Positions 13,301 through 25,069 of a stretch of DNA of 64,000 nucleotides are shown here, piece after piece. The stretch lies in NCBI GenBank assembly GCA_002269645.1, contig NIVC01001877.1, positions 80,406 through 144,405 on the forward strand, read 5' to 3'. Under the pieces are notes generated by a model, which was given only the letters and a program-made list of their open reading frames with translations, had not been told where the DNA came from and ran no database searches. This stretch comes from Macrostomum lignano. Its lineage: Eukaryota. A program made the translations under genes and the position numbers. Position 1 is the stretch's first letter. The number at the start of each line of letters is the position of its first letter.

Positions 13301-14128
13301 TGAAGCTGGACATTAATAAAGTTATCGATCAGTTCGTACAGAATGGGTCTCGTAGAATTGATCTGTAAATACAAAGTTAAACTTTTAGACAGCAAGTTTT
13401 GATAGGCTTAGATTGAGTATGCGTAACATACATAACTAATCACAATACGAGTAGAAGATTACATGTACATTAAATGTAATAATATAGGAACAAAAACCAA
13501 ACTAATACAATAAGAGCTTGCGCATACTATTATATTCTCTATTAATCAAAATGCTATAAGTAAGCTATACTTAGTATTCTACGTTTCTACTTCTTGTATT
13601 GTCCCATATGATGTAAATGTGAAATTTGCTCTTTGATATTGAATAAATAAAATCAATATGGAAGGTTGGTCACTACGTTATTTGCTTGGAAAAGTGTTGG
13701 TGATTTGATAGAAGTTGAAATAATTTTGTTTTTTCTTGCTTTACGAATATGAATTACAAGTATATACGCATATACAAATATGTACACTAAAAGTCGTTTC
13801 ATGAATTAAGCCAAGCCGGAGAAATGCACATGTAATGAGTGAAAGTAGACTGATAACAGCTAACCGATACCCCCAAAAAAAAATCCTGGCTACGCCCCTG
13901 AAAGTAGGCTACTAAAAACTAAACTAAAAAGCAAATCAGAAATCATTAAATTGATTTACCTCGCTTGTTTTTAGTGCCATGTTTGCGGGCTGTAGCAATT
14001 TCTTCCCCAATTTTTTTTTCTAAGAACTGCGATTTTTTGTTTAGCATCTCCTCTGTGTTTCTAAGTCGCTGAATAGCCTCCTGGGGAGACTCGGTTTTTT
14101 CCTTCTTTTTACCAAACAGAAAAGGCAT
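1380..14128 (-). CDS. CHMP4: CHMP4/Snf7 (shrub-like) ESCRT-III subunit, 3 exons, 220 aa
   Basis: Exons 14128-13960 (MPFLFGKKK...QEAIQRLRNTEEMLNKKSQFLEKKI...HGTKNKR), 3500-3310 (AALQALARKKRLEKQLTQIDGTLTTIEFQREALENASTNTEVLKAM...HQDMNIDQ) and 1682-1380 (VHDVMDEIHEQQEIAQEISDAISSPVGFG...DEDELLAELEELEQEELDKQLL...MRELEAWAT*). Both introns are GT-AG with matching phases (1, 0). Classic Snf7 motifs; AATAAA on the minus strand near 1293-1298. Confidence 0.96.
2294..2794. mobile_element. Non-autonomous hAT-type MITE with CT-rich core, in CHMP4 intron 2
   Basis: Imperfect TIRs cagggttcggcaaact / agtttggcgacccctg; 8-bp TSD acttaagg (2286-2293) vs acttaaag (2795-2802), 7/8 match. Confidence 0.8.
5438..6410. 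mobile_element. Solo LTR, about 973 bp, in CHMP4 intron 1
   Basis: Starts TGTAGT, ends ACAACA (TG...CA with short imperfect inverted ends); 4-bp TSD gtat at 5434-5437 and 6411-6414; GC-rich island in AT-rich intron; AATAAA near 6022; no coding capacity. Confidence 0.75.
7300..8525. repeat. Dispersed repeat with GA-rich core and conserved ~280-bp right end (other copies at ~24054-25069 and, degraded, ~4790-4925)
   Basis: aacagaagagaagatagaa..ttcaaaggat..gggacatagagaga..agagtttgccaatacatgt..gacattgcc..aaaatagtt..ggaatt..ggttcaaaatc..acagct is shared between 8240-8525 and 24750-25069. The ORFs here are low-complexity artefacts. Confidence 0.75.
10960..11012. mobile_element. 53-bp mini-MITE in the transposase intron
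   Basis: Perfect 15-bp TIR cacagatactagaac / gttctagtatctgtg; perfect 8-bp TSD gtatggac at 10952-10959 and 11013-11020. Confidence 0.85.
11839..12125. mobile_element. 287-bp hAT-type MITE inserted in the transposase ORF
   Basis: TIR catacatgcgc(g/a)ac; perfect 8-bp TSD catgtctg at 11831-11838 and 12126-12133; removal restores GASAMSGKFNG. A partial diverged copy lies at 40323-40425. Confidence 0.93.
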
Positions 14129-15376
14129 AATTCAATGGCAGTTAACTCACAGAAATTAAATCGAAATACTATCAGCCTAGCAAGGCCTAAAAGTTTTTAT
14201 TTAAGTAACTTGAAAAAGTTACAAAACTGAATTCCAGAGATCACTACTGACTTGTCGCGATTCAGATTCCGAATAATTAGTGATTCATGGAAAACAATTA
14301 TTAATATCTCTGATTATGATTAGACAATCATTATAACAAAAAGATTTTTGTTGTTAACGTATGTTCTGTTACAAGGGTCCTAAAGTAAAAAACTAAAAAA
14401 TTTTAAAAGTTTTTGAAATGATTTACTTGCTTAGCTTAATAATTCTTATTAGAAAGCCCTCTCGTATTACGACGAGTTACTCTTTCTGCTTTCTGAGAAC
14501 GAAAATGGTTCGAACCTTGTTTTCAATATTCCGTTTACATAATCAGCTAGTTAGTTCCAAAACAGTGTTCTTGTTTATAGGAGTTCAAAAAATTTTCTAA
14601 ATCTAACTGTCAACGTTTCTTATAAGGGCTGTTAAACCCCAGGACTATCTAAGTACGTACTACGACTTGAGTTGTCGGGCCCCTTTTTCCTTCCTTCTTA
14701 GCTAAAGAAGGAAAAAAAATGTTGTGTTAAACTTAAAAAATTCATAGTTCCCTGCATTTTGATTTTAATTTGATTTGGAATAGGATTTTTTCTAGTTTTC
14801 GAATCCATTCTCACGAAAAATTTAAGATGTTAACGTACCTGAAAATCGAACACGACCTAATTCTGGATTTTACATGTAAATATATATTAACATTTATTAA
14901 CTCCTGGAATCATTTTTTACATAGAAACGCTATAAAAATATTAACGATGGAGTATATGAATAAGGGTATAAACATGTAATTAGAACAGTGCCTCATACAT
15001 CATACATAAAATAGCACATATCAAGGACCACCCACACCTAGCAGTTTGTATAATTATACATGGTCCAAATGAAACTCGCTGTATATATTTGAGTCACATA
15101 TATATATATATATATATTGTACGTACGCTCGTACATGTATATGTCATGCATCGTAGATCAAAAGTGCATATAGCTCGTCGCCGATAAACAAAAAACGGAA
15201 AGCATAAAATCATAAGTTATGCTTTATGCTAATTTATGCTTTGAGATTACCGTTCCACAAATTATAACTTAAGACTTAATGTAATTAGGTCTCTAAAATA
15301 AAGAGAGACGAAAAGTCGTCCTCTCCCTGCAGTAACAAAAGGTGCAGAATGGAAGATGCGGGGAGCTGCGGATGAT

Positions 15377-17341
15377 CGTGATGAGGACGCACTTTTTCCC
15401 AAATCCCGCGCTAGCACATGGGCTCTAAACTTACTTGCCTACTAACAGTGGGCAGTGGGCATTTTTATCCTTTTTCTGCGAATTTTCATAGAATCTATAC
15501 TAGATATAATGTCTGGCCATACTAGTAGTCATAATAACATAGGCGCAGCTTTTTGGGTCATAAATCATCGCTTTCGAAGCTGATCTGATAGCCACCTGCG
15601 CCTCACTCAGTGTTGAAGCGGGCGCCAGATGGTCTGAGAGGATGCGGGCGGTAGCTTTTTTCTCGTCATTTTGACAGGCCATCAAGATTTATGAGGTCAG
15701 AGCCTATTGTTCGGATTCACTCAAGCGTGTGACAGTTTTGACAGCTATGCGTTTCACCCCTAAAAGTACCTTGGGATTAGCGATTAGCGATTTCTCTTCA
15801 TTATCTTCACTTTCTATTTAATAAAAGCTTTCTAATGTATATTTTTTCATTAATTTCTGTCAATCCTACGCGAAAAGTCATAAATCATTTTGTTGCGATT
15901 TTGAGTGATTTATGGCCGCACCTGTCATCTTTTTACGACCCTGTGGGAACTGATAGGATCTCTCGGTCACGTGATTCTGGGTAGCAACGAGCTTAGCCAA
16001 TCAGAAAATTCGGCGCTCATTTTAACAAAACGGCTCAGCCAATCAGAATCGACGTGTTCCGTTATAACAAACTGCGGTCCAGTTGGCGGCTATTTAAACC
16101 GGAGTTTTTGGCCCGCTCGGACACTACTTCTTCTTACTTTGGCTCGGGCCCAGCGCGCAGCTTCTGGTTCCCGGAGCACGACCGTCGTTTCTTGATCCCC
16201 GGATTGCAACTTCCCCCATCATCATCAAGGACGAGTCCCCCGGTCGACAGCAGCGAACATCCAGTTAAGAGCATCACCTGCTAGCTAACAGCGAAGATTG
16301 TGACAGCATCATCCCGAGTCTACAGCTGCAGAGCATCGAGCCGATTCGGTCACTGTGGAATACCTGGTCTCCGGCTGTTGAGTTTCTGATTGGTTGGGTG
16401 AGAGGCTACCTAGACTTGCTTGATTGGGTGATCCCTTTTCTGTCCCCTGTTGCAGTAGCTGAATTAGGCGCACACTTTTGCTCATTTTGTTCAGTAGTGC
16501 TGTTGCTGAGGCAGGAATCATTCAATAATACTGCCAGTAGTCTAAGACTCCAATTCAATCTAAAGTGTGAAGTGAATTAAGGAGAAGGTTAAATCTAACA
16601 GTTATCTTTGTCGGCTTTATTTCTTTGTTCGCCGATGGCTCAGATGAGTAGCTAAGCTAGTAGGCGCCGGTCACAGTGGACCAATGGCAAGGCAGTTCTC
16701 AGTCGACCAATCTAACAAATCAGTGAGCAAAACTGCCAAAAGTGCAGAATCGGCGCCAGAGATGTACTTTGTGCACTCTAGGGTAGCCAAGCGGCTCGGG
16801 TAAATGAATCATGCGGTCTCTGAAGTTCGAGTTAGCCTATCATCAGCGCTATGAGAGGCTAGTTGGCGCGTTGAAGGCTAAAAGTACATATCTTCGTATT
16901 TAGCAATATAATAGTGCATGTAGCTACCCCATAGACTCGCCACCGCAAGAATCCCCTGCATAAGTCCCCTCTGTACCTGCATGGCCAACGCGATCTAGTC
17001 CCAGCAGTGTCCCTTATCATCGGCTATGACTTCGAGATTGACAGCAAAAAGACACTAGTTGGCAGGTAAGTGCAAAGCCCCTTCTAGTCGGAAGCCCGAT
17101 TTCGAGAGTCCCGGTGTGGTGAGCCAGGGCGCACGGGCTGGTGGCAGCAAGTTAGTTGATCTGCGGATTAGCTAATTTCTACTTTCAAAATTCTCCCTGC
17201 TCGTCTCTCGCTGTCCCTCTCTTAGCTATAGGACCTAGACTGCTCGCCACACGATCAAGCTACCATGGGGCTGACCATCTGACAGGAGTGGGGGGCCAGG
17301 TCTCTAATTGATTTATTTCTGAGCCTGAGGCTCGAAGGCTT
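15377..17341. repeat. Unclassified ~2-kb dispersed repeat, copy 1
   Basis: Collinear with 25480-27490 from tgatgaggacgca to tttctgag..ctgaggc. Contains twin agccaatcag (CCAAT) boxes at ~15995 and ~16038 followed by tatttaaa. Confidence 0.88.
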
Positions 17342-18459
17342 CCCTAACAAGGAGCCCGAAGGTCGAAACCCATCAATCGTATTTTTAATTAGGAGTACAT
17401 GTATCAATTAGAGATCGAGTTAGAAAAATTTTCAATTTTTTTCCGATTGTGCATCTATCAACATTGAACTACTAACAGCTACATGTAGTAGAAACACGGC
17501 CGGGCTACTTACGTAATTTTGGAAAAATAATATTTTTATTCTCGTCTTCTTTCGGTCCCTCGATTTATCTTTAGGTTAGGATTTTTAATTCGAAAGTACA
17601 ATTAAACGGGGTGTGGAGAGCTAAGCTCGCCTCGGGTCAGCCCAGGGAAGGGCTCTGCCGCGGGATCTACATGTACATGTAATAGGGGACCAAGATTGGG
17701 GCCAGGATCTGGCCCTAAGCATATTAGCGATGCAGGACCCAATTAGACCTATGGGGACACCGCGTTATTCTGCTTCCGTACACTTGTATTTTGCATGCAG
17801 TCAGTTTCTTTAGAAAAATGACACGGTTTAAGCTAGAGGCGCAGTTGCGTGAGGATCCCCTCCAGTGCCCCGCCACCCACCATGCAAACGATCCACAAAT
17901 AACGAGTGTGCACGCGCAAAGAAAAACTGGAGCGAAAATTTTGAAGTTGGCTAATGACCAAAAAGTAAAACAAAAAGGGATAAAACACAAATTAATTAAT
18001 AGAAGATCACCATACATTTACAAGTACCTGGGGCTCAACGGCTCAGCCTCGATCATCAGGGCCGGGCTGCAGGCATCAAAACTGGCCGGGCAGGGCAGAA
18101 AGAAGTTATTTTTCCGGTGAGGGGGCATTTAATAATTGTACCCGAGTACGGCAGGTCAATTGGATTGCGCGCACAACCCGAGAAGCGCCTCCAGTAAGGC
18201 AGCCCAACAGTCGGAGACCCGTCAATTAATAAATTACAGATTTTTCAAAATAAAAGCTTTTCGTCTACTGTAAGTAGCACGACGTATTTTGCGTGTAGTA
18301 TATTAGACCCCCTACTCGTCTTTTTGTTTGAACACTGATACAATAGCAGTAAACATCAAATCCAATTGGAAAAGTAGTTGAACCGTATATTTATGAGTTT
18401 ATAATAATATTTTAACGGCCTAGTACTCAGGTCAAAGAAATTTCAAATTAGCGAGTTTA

Positions 18460-19400
18460 CGAAAACGAAGTTTTCATTCACCATGTTACCAGTGGTCACA
18501 CATATGCCAGTTGAAATTGCCCACTCAGTCTTCAAGATCATACTTTTAGGGATCATTTCTATAGTATGTATCGCCAGGACGTCAACCAAAATTGACCCTG
18601 GACCCAAACCCGCGAGGACGAGCACTAGCCTGCCTTTCTGAGCGCGAAGCGGGTTGCAGCTGGCAGCTAAGACTGCCTCGGCTGCAACTATTGATGACCG
18701 CTTTTCACCTCATAAGGGGTGGAAAGGGAAGGTAGGCAAGCTGAGCGGTTTATTGAGAAATACGAAAACACATCTACAACCCCATCTTACCATAGGGGTA
18801 CGACGTTTGCCCGCCAAAGTTTGCCCGCCGACACTTTTGAACCAAAATTCGTCAGATTAAGCTGCATACCGCATTGCATTTGCATGCGATTGCTTGGCGA
18901 TGCTTGCATGGATGGCGTTCGTCGTTGGGCTGAGTTAAGTTGGCTAATTAAAAAGAAAGGAATAATCGTACATACAATGTACACTCCCATCCCTTCTGGT
19001 CTGGGGGCCCGGATTGTACACGTGGTGACTTGGAGCTTGCCACCCGCCAAACTTTGTACTGGGCTTGCAATTCAAATGTGCTGTTAAAGAGCTGTCTCTG
19101 CCTCTCGCCCTCACCAGTACCTGCTCACTGCATCACACAGTACTCTTGAATTGCGTTGGATTACCAACCAGATGGGCTCTGGGTCACCCACCCGCTCACC
19201 CATCCAGTAGTTGCCGCTGGGATCTCCGAATCCCCTCACGTAGGTGTCCCAGTTCTGTGCGAACGAAAGGCTGTTATCCAGGTGTCGCTGGAAGACCACA
19301 TCAGAGCTAGCTGTCTTCAGGATTGGGCACAGGTCTGGTTTTAGATCGGATGATGCCGAACTCTTTCTGAGAGCCGTCCTGCCAGCCGTAGGGCGCGAAT
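18460..19400 (-). pseudogene. Fibrinogen-related domain (FReD) gene remnant
   Basis: 19299-19200 reads VVFQRHLDNSLSFAQNWDTYVRGFGDPSGNYWMG and ends at a phase-1 GTGAG donor, matching the FReD motif FQRRxDGSxxFxxxWxxYxxGFG...xWxG. Only weak, frameshifted C-terminal traces (GNFNWH, E-M-K-L-R-like) near 18460-18520; no intact gene could be assembled. Confidence 0.6.
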
Positions 19401-20125
19401 TGCACAGCTTTCTGGATGTAGGATGGGTCCGCAGAGATTCTTTTCCTGATATTCAAGCACCTGCGCCAGGTGTTGCACAGAAATACCATCAGCTGACCGG
19501 CAGTTCCATCGCTAGAAACTCGACCCATTACGATCGCACCAAAGTCTTTCCTCAACATCCCACTTTCAGGAACCGCTTTCAGTTCCTTTCGGTCACGCCA
19601 GTGATATTGAGGTCCAGTGCGAGCTCCAACTTATCATGCAGAGAAGAAGCTGTGCTTCAGGCTCGCAGGCTGCCTCACGAAATCCACCGAGAGTTCAGAG
19701 GCGGAGGTCCTCTAGGACAGCCAGAGAACAAGGACAAGCAGCGCGGAGCGGAGTTGGATGGCTGGCTGCTGAAGATTTTCTGCTTGGAAGCGCTTTGGAC
19801 CTTGGAGATCGGATTCGAAGAGCGCTGCTGCTTAAGACTCGCCAGCTCTGTGCTGCTAGCAGGCCGCTGCATTCAAACAAATAGCTGCGATTTCGATATT
19901 CCGACAGCTTTTTACCACGTCCTTTGATCAATACATTTATGCATATCTCACAATTCGCAATGGTTTTTGTTTTTGTTTTGACTAGAAAATTTGTCCCTGA
20001 AAGTATCAGATTTTTCTGCTAATTGCTTGACTTTCGTTACGAGTAGCTGTTATGTAGTGCAAATTTCGTTAAAATAGGCGAATTTTTGTGTCTTAGACGT
20101 ATTTCCCCTTTTGATATATAGCTCG

Positions 20126-20420
20126 TAATAATAATAATTGAGTTCCCCGGCACATTGAGTCTGCACTAATGGGCAGATGTGCAACCGAGAGCTCAGCCAC
20201 AGCTATTGAGCGACGCACCGGAATTCTGAAGGCTGTTCAGTCCAAAGCCTGGGGTCGCCATACACTGTCAATTGCCCCAGCTAATGCTGGCACCCATATT
20301 ACAGCTGCAGTGGGTAAAAGGTGTTTTGCTCAAGGACACAAATTCCGAGAGGGATCGAAAATCGAACCCCTGACTTTTTCAGTCGTGAGTCTGACGCTCT
20401 AACCACTAGGCTGCAACCCC
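20126..20420 (-). mobile_element. tRNA-derived SINE
   Basis: Minus strand shows an A box (tagtggttagagcg), a B-box-like ggttcgattttcgatccc, a central gtgtccttgagcaaaacacc domain typical of metazoan SINEs and a (TTA)n tail at ~20126-20138. No cloverleaf 3' end. Confidence 0.8.
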
Positions 20421-20539
20421 TTCGAGTATCCGGAATTTCTTTTTTTAACTGAAAGCCGAAGATATTGCAATTTAAGAGGCCTAATTAGGCCCACTCAAAA
20501 CAGCATAAACTGAAGAAAAATTTAGTGTGATCCGACGGC

Positions 20540-22760
20540 TTTTACGCATTTTTGTCGCTTTGAACCTCCGTCAATGACTGAGGAGACTGCATGCATGTCG
20601 AACAAAAACAGTTTATAATAAGCTTTACGGGCTTAACCGGAAAGATACGCTCTGTTTTAAAATCGAAATGGTTTGCGTAATCATAGACGTCGTCAGGGCC
20701 AATTCAATCCAAGTGATCTTCACACGCCACCAGTATGTTAAATGATGAACAAGCCACACAGTCCAAAGACGGGTCAAACTGAACAGTTCAAGTTGGGTTT
20801 GTGCTTTCTGATACTCTTAAGCTTATGGCAAATTTTGCACACATCTAACACTTTGAAAAGCTGAATCGGTTCACTGTCTCAACACTTTTTACAAACTAGG
20901 AGCTGGTCATTAATTGCAGAGTTTTTTAGACAGTGTTCCTTAGCTCTAGTGGGCGGTGTCGCGTCGTCTTTCCAATGTACGAAAGCGACCAACCATTTTC
21001 GGTGCGAAAGACAATCCGAACGGTGCATTTAAGCCATTTGCTAAACGCTTTCTCAAGTTTTTATCAAGTCAAACGAAACATCACCAAAAATGGGAGCACC
21101 ATCAGAGCATCCCAGGATCCGACTGCTGGGATCCCATGCACATCGTTGGAAAATTTCTTAGTGACAAACGCATTTACAATGCGGCCAATGTAGTGTGAGC
21201 ATCTTTTGCGATAGCCTTGTATTCTATTAGTTAGGTTTTGCATAATTGTTATTGAATTGTTATTTTGCTTTAGTTTAGTCACGTTTTTGGTGTACTTTTT
21301 CCTTGTTAGTTAGAATCAATTTTGCGTAAACAGGTTAGAGTTAGACGCCAATTTTGTGACTCAGCGGAGGGTTGAGTTTTGTCTGCGAACCCTAGCTTTG
21401 CGCGGCCAGCCAATCAGAACCGGCCTGGACCCTGGCACGCGGCAAGTTTCAATTTTACCCGGCGCCGCGGGCACAGTGCAATTCGGCTTAAGCAGGCGGC
21501 CGGCCAGACGACCACCACCGGCTTGAGGGGGGTTTTGAGGGGTTGTGACTCTGACTATATATGAAAGTGTGTTTGGCAATCAGATCTCGCCTTCCTTTCC
21601 GCCTTCTCTTTCCCCGGTTTTGTCTTGTCCAGCTTCCCGGCCGGTGGCCCGATTTCTCCTCTCTTGTTGGTTCGCGCTTTGAGGCGCCTGAATTCATCAC
21701 CCCCGGTCCATATTTTTGTTCCCGCCCAACCGCTTTAGTCTTGTGGCGTAACGTCTACGGCAAATTCCTGTCTGAAGTCGTCGCTATCGAGCGCGGTTAG
21801 ATAGAGACTGTCGGATCTGATCAAGTACGCGGCCTCGACCCCGAGGGCCTCAGTGTTACACTGAAGGGCAGTGCCGATAGAATTTAGTCGGTACTCCGTT
21901 GAACGGTCGATTCGGCAGGGCTCTCGTTTGAGTGTAGGTTCTGGCTTAGGCCAGGGGTTAGGAGTCTTCTCCGTGGTCGTGTTCGGTTCTTCTCCTTCTT
22001 CTTCAAGCTGAGATCCGCTTGTCAGTGCGTAATATAATCATTGTTATTAATCGTTACTATTCGTTATCATCAGTCTAATTATCTGCGCCGCGAATTGCTT
22101 GAATCCTGTAGCTTGAATAATCAAATTAAATCGTCTAGCCAATTATCAGTTGTATCACATAGGATTATCACTCTCTAAATCTTTCGGTTTGTGTTCCCTC
22201 GTGTTCTTTCTTTTCTTGTACTGTACCTGCGGCTATTGGAGAAAGACTGGTAGGACTCGCCGACCGGCGATAGGCGATTAGGATTAATAGCTTTAAAATC
22301 TCTGACGCTCCAAGTAGGTTTGTCTGGGGCCTAAATAAATAATTGCTCACCGTGCATGCTATTATCTAATTGCCTTTTATTTATCACACCAACAAAACTG
22401 AGAGGCTAACCGTTGGATCTGAAGATTTTAGGCAGGGCACTAACTTCTTAGTGAAATAAACTCCAAGCACTGCTCACCCCGTAGGCTCCGTGAAGGAGGC
22501 ATCTGACTTAACCAGCTTTCCAAAGAGACGGACAAAAAGCACGGAAATTCAACACCAGCCCAGTAAACGTAGGTTTACGGTAAACCTTCACAAGAGGACG
22601 ACGGTGTCCAGAACAGTCAACATCGGTGTCAAGAAAAGCGAGATTCTTCTATCCGCGCCCCATGGTGAACTTGATGTTCGGGTGGTAGTCGTAAGAAACA
22701 CGTCGTGATCTTTTACATTGTCAAACACAGCAAACGCCCGGTGTAAAATTCGACGTCGAT
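20540..22760 (-). mobile_element. Penelope-like retroelement fragment (RT C-terminus and GIY-YIG endonuclease), degenerate, split by a solo LTR
   Basis: Minus-strand translations: HPNIKFTM, LAFLDT, VYRKPTFTGLVLNFRAFCPSLWKAG*VRCLLHGAY, EVSALPKIFRSNG*PLSFVG joined across the LTR to RIVNAFVTKK, LPF.G, SYIGKTTRH (20956-20983), RAKEH..NSAI, FKVLD, KPNLN (~20790). Stops and frameshifts are present. Confidence 0.85.
21189..22388 (+). mobile_element. Solo LTR, 1.2 kb, nested in the Penelope RT
   Basis: TGTAGTG...ATCACA ends; 4-bp TSD ccaa at 21185-21188 and 22389-22392; CCAAT (~21410), TATA-like tatatatga (~21556), AATAAA (~22335); excision restores the Penelope reading frame. Confidence 0.82.
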
Positions 22761-23753
22761 TCTCTGTCGAATCTAGGGAGAACATCGAATTTTCAGAGAG
22801 GGAACAAACATTGGTCGAATCATGGTCGAAAAGTGGCCGAACATTCTGTCAACAAATTTTTGTTTAGATATTCATCGTTTTCTACTATTCTATATGCCTA
22901 AGTAGTCAGCAAAGCATTTTTTAAAGTCACGGGTATAAAACCGAAAAATTGCAAGTAAATACGAAATGTTTTTAAATTCGAAAGCTCATACAGTTACAAT
23001 TGTAACATTTTGGCGCAGCAAGTGCAGTAATAACGAATAGGGCCGGTGCAGTTCTTCATTGGTAGGTTCTGATCTTTACCGATACTGCTGACTGCTAATG
23101 CAAAGTATCATATTGCAGGGAATGTAATGCAACTGACCCTATTCTGCTAGAAGTGTGACAATTAAAGCCAGTAAATATTTCTGGCACTTGTTATAATTAA
23201 CCTTGTCTTATAACCGCTTTACCTCACTGTCCAACAAGCTATCCTAGAGTAATTATTAGTTAAATAAAGCTGCCCTCCCAGCACAGAACCAAAGAAGGAA
23301 CCCTAGACCAGAACCAATCTTTCAGAACGCGGGTAATTACTCTCCATGAGCACGCGTGATGGATTTTCTGGCGCCCCATCCCATATAGTCTCTGTGGTGG
23401 GCCGCGCCCCCTCATATTTAGCGCGAATTCGAATGCTGTGTGCATGCGTCAGAATGGAAGAAATAACTTGAGTAAACAAAAGGAAATTTTCTGAATAAAA
23501 TCGGAGTCGGATGAATAGAAATGGTAGCCAGGTCGCGACCGGGCACAGCAATCGCAAACAATTTATCCCAGACCAAAAGTCGGAGAGACTTTCCAATGTC
23601 ATTTTGTCAGATTTCGAGCCGTGCCTGAGCCGAGTTTTTATTCAGATTTAGTTATATAGAAGATTTATCAGTTTTGGATGTATTTATGGCCGGAAAAAAT
23701 TCACGTCTGAAGCTGTGCGGGCTCTTCTACCCAAGGTTTTTCTCAGTTAAATA

Positions 23754-23833
23754 CATAGAAATCTAGAATACTAACTAGATTTCTAGTATTCTTCTGCGCC
23801 AAATTCTAGTTTCTAGTATTCTAGATTTCTATG
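23754..23833. repeat. 80-bp palindromic mini-element
   Basis: Perfect 19-bp inverted ends catagaaatctagaatact / agtattctagatttctatg; resembles the 53-bp MITE; no TSD found. Confidence 0.65.
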
Positions 23834-24053
23834 GGATAACCTGAGTGGAGTTCTGTGAGAGCACAAAGCACGAAGAGCTTCCTCACGGCCAACCGGTGCG
23901 CTGCATTTAAGATACATTCTATTGCGCTCCCTGATTCCAAATAATTTGACCTAAAAGCATCTTTGAAATATATTTCTGCATCACGAACCCACATTGCTGT
24001 CGAGTTGCTTCCAATGCCTTTTAGCGAGTTTAGCAAGCTTGCAATCTTTAGAA

Positions 24054-24677
24054 TTAGCTGCCATGAACCCCGTAGTTTAAAGCGTCAACTACCGTGTGGG
24101 CGATGGCGAGGTCAGACCGTATAAGACGGTGGTCATACAAGTAGGGAATATAAAGGAGGACTTGAAGCTGGCTAAGCTTTATGCCTGCAGAGAGTTGGCT
24201 TGTGCAGATCTGCACACAAACTGCTGCAAGAATCGACAGGGTGAACCAGCCAGCGCCGGAACTCATTTCCCGTGCGGAACGGAACAGATTATAGAGTGGA
24301 GATGAGTGAGCAGAGAGAAGAGAGGAGAGATGAGACAGGAGGGATGAGACAGGAGAGATGAGACAGGAGAGAGGAATGATAAGAGAGGAGAGCAAAGAGG
24401 AGAGAGGAGACGAGAGGAGAGAGAAGAGAGCTGAGAGGGAAGAGACGATAGAAGAGGGGAGAGAGGAGAGAGGAAGATGAAAGAAGAGAGAAGAGATGAG
24501 TTGGGAGAGATGAAAGAGAAGAAAGAAGAGATGAGAGAGCAGAGACGAGATATGTGAGAGTAGAGAGAACAGAAGAGAGAGAAGAGAGAAGAGAGAAAAA
24601 GATTGCATAGACGAAGACGAGAGGAGAGAGGAGAGGGAAGAGATTACAGAGTCGAAAGGAGAGAGGATAGAAGAAAT

Positions 24678-24749
<72 letters not shown>

Positions 24750-25069
24750 CAGAAGAGAAGATAGAAGTTTCAAAGGATCCGATCAGGGACATAGAGAGAG
24801 GCAGAGACGGAGGCCAGAGTTTGCCAATACATGTACATGTTTTCGAAAGACATTGCCTGACATTCTGCGCAGCAGTCCAGCCAATGAGATCAATGCTTGC
24901 TTCAAATCTTAATTTCACGCATTTACTCCATTTTATGTTTACCTCTATCCTAACTATTAACAAGTTTTTGTTTGAGTATGACTTCAGATTTTAGAGTACA
25001 TGTACATGCAAAAATAGTTCCGGAAATTGGAATTCCACGGGTTCAAAATCCGCGGGTTTCAACAGCTTG
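24054..25069. repeat. Least-diverged copy of the GA-core dispersed element
   Basis: Weak inverted ends agctgccatgaacccc / cgggtttcaacagct; GA-rich core with (GA)n at ~24686-24743; right end shared with 8240-8525. Confidence 0.65.

Larger units (their letters stand above)
10342..13368 (+). pseudogene. hAT transposase (ZMYM1/THAP12-like: Zn-finger, DUF4371-like region, C-terminal dimerisation domain), disrupted
   Basis: Exon 10342-10871, GT-AG intron 10872-11064 (joins GVFCK-YCVLF), frameshift near 11200, then FLARCGLAFRGH, LLADETTD, QGYDGASAMS, MITE insertion 11839-12125, GKFNGVQ, YVHCAAHNLNL, KTRW, PVTTATAERSFS, RSTMGQERLTGLA. Confidence 0.92.
9516..13900 (+). mobile_element. hAT DNA transposon, 4.4 kb, in CHMP4 intron 1
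   Basis: TIRs caggggcgtagcgagg / cctggctacgcccctg; perfect 8-bp TSD aaagtagg at 9508-9515 and 13901-13908; internal transposase gene. Confidence 0.95.

Noticed and set aside
19244-19927. 227-aa plus-strand ORF
   Set aside because: No recognisable motif and antisense to the FReD exon; cannot be supported without a homology search.
20340-20420. Possible tRNA gene on the minus strand
   Set aside because: The B-box region is duplicated, there is no acceptor stem, and it continues into a SINE body and tail.
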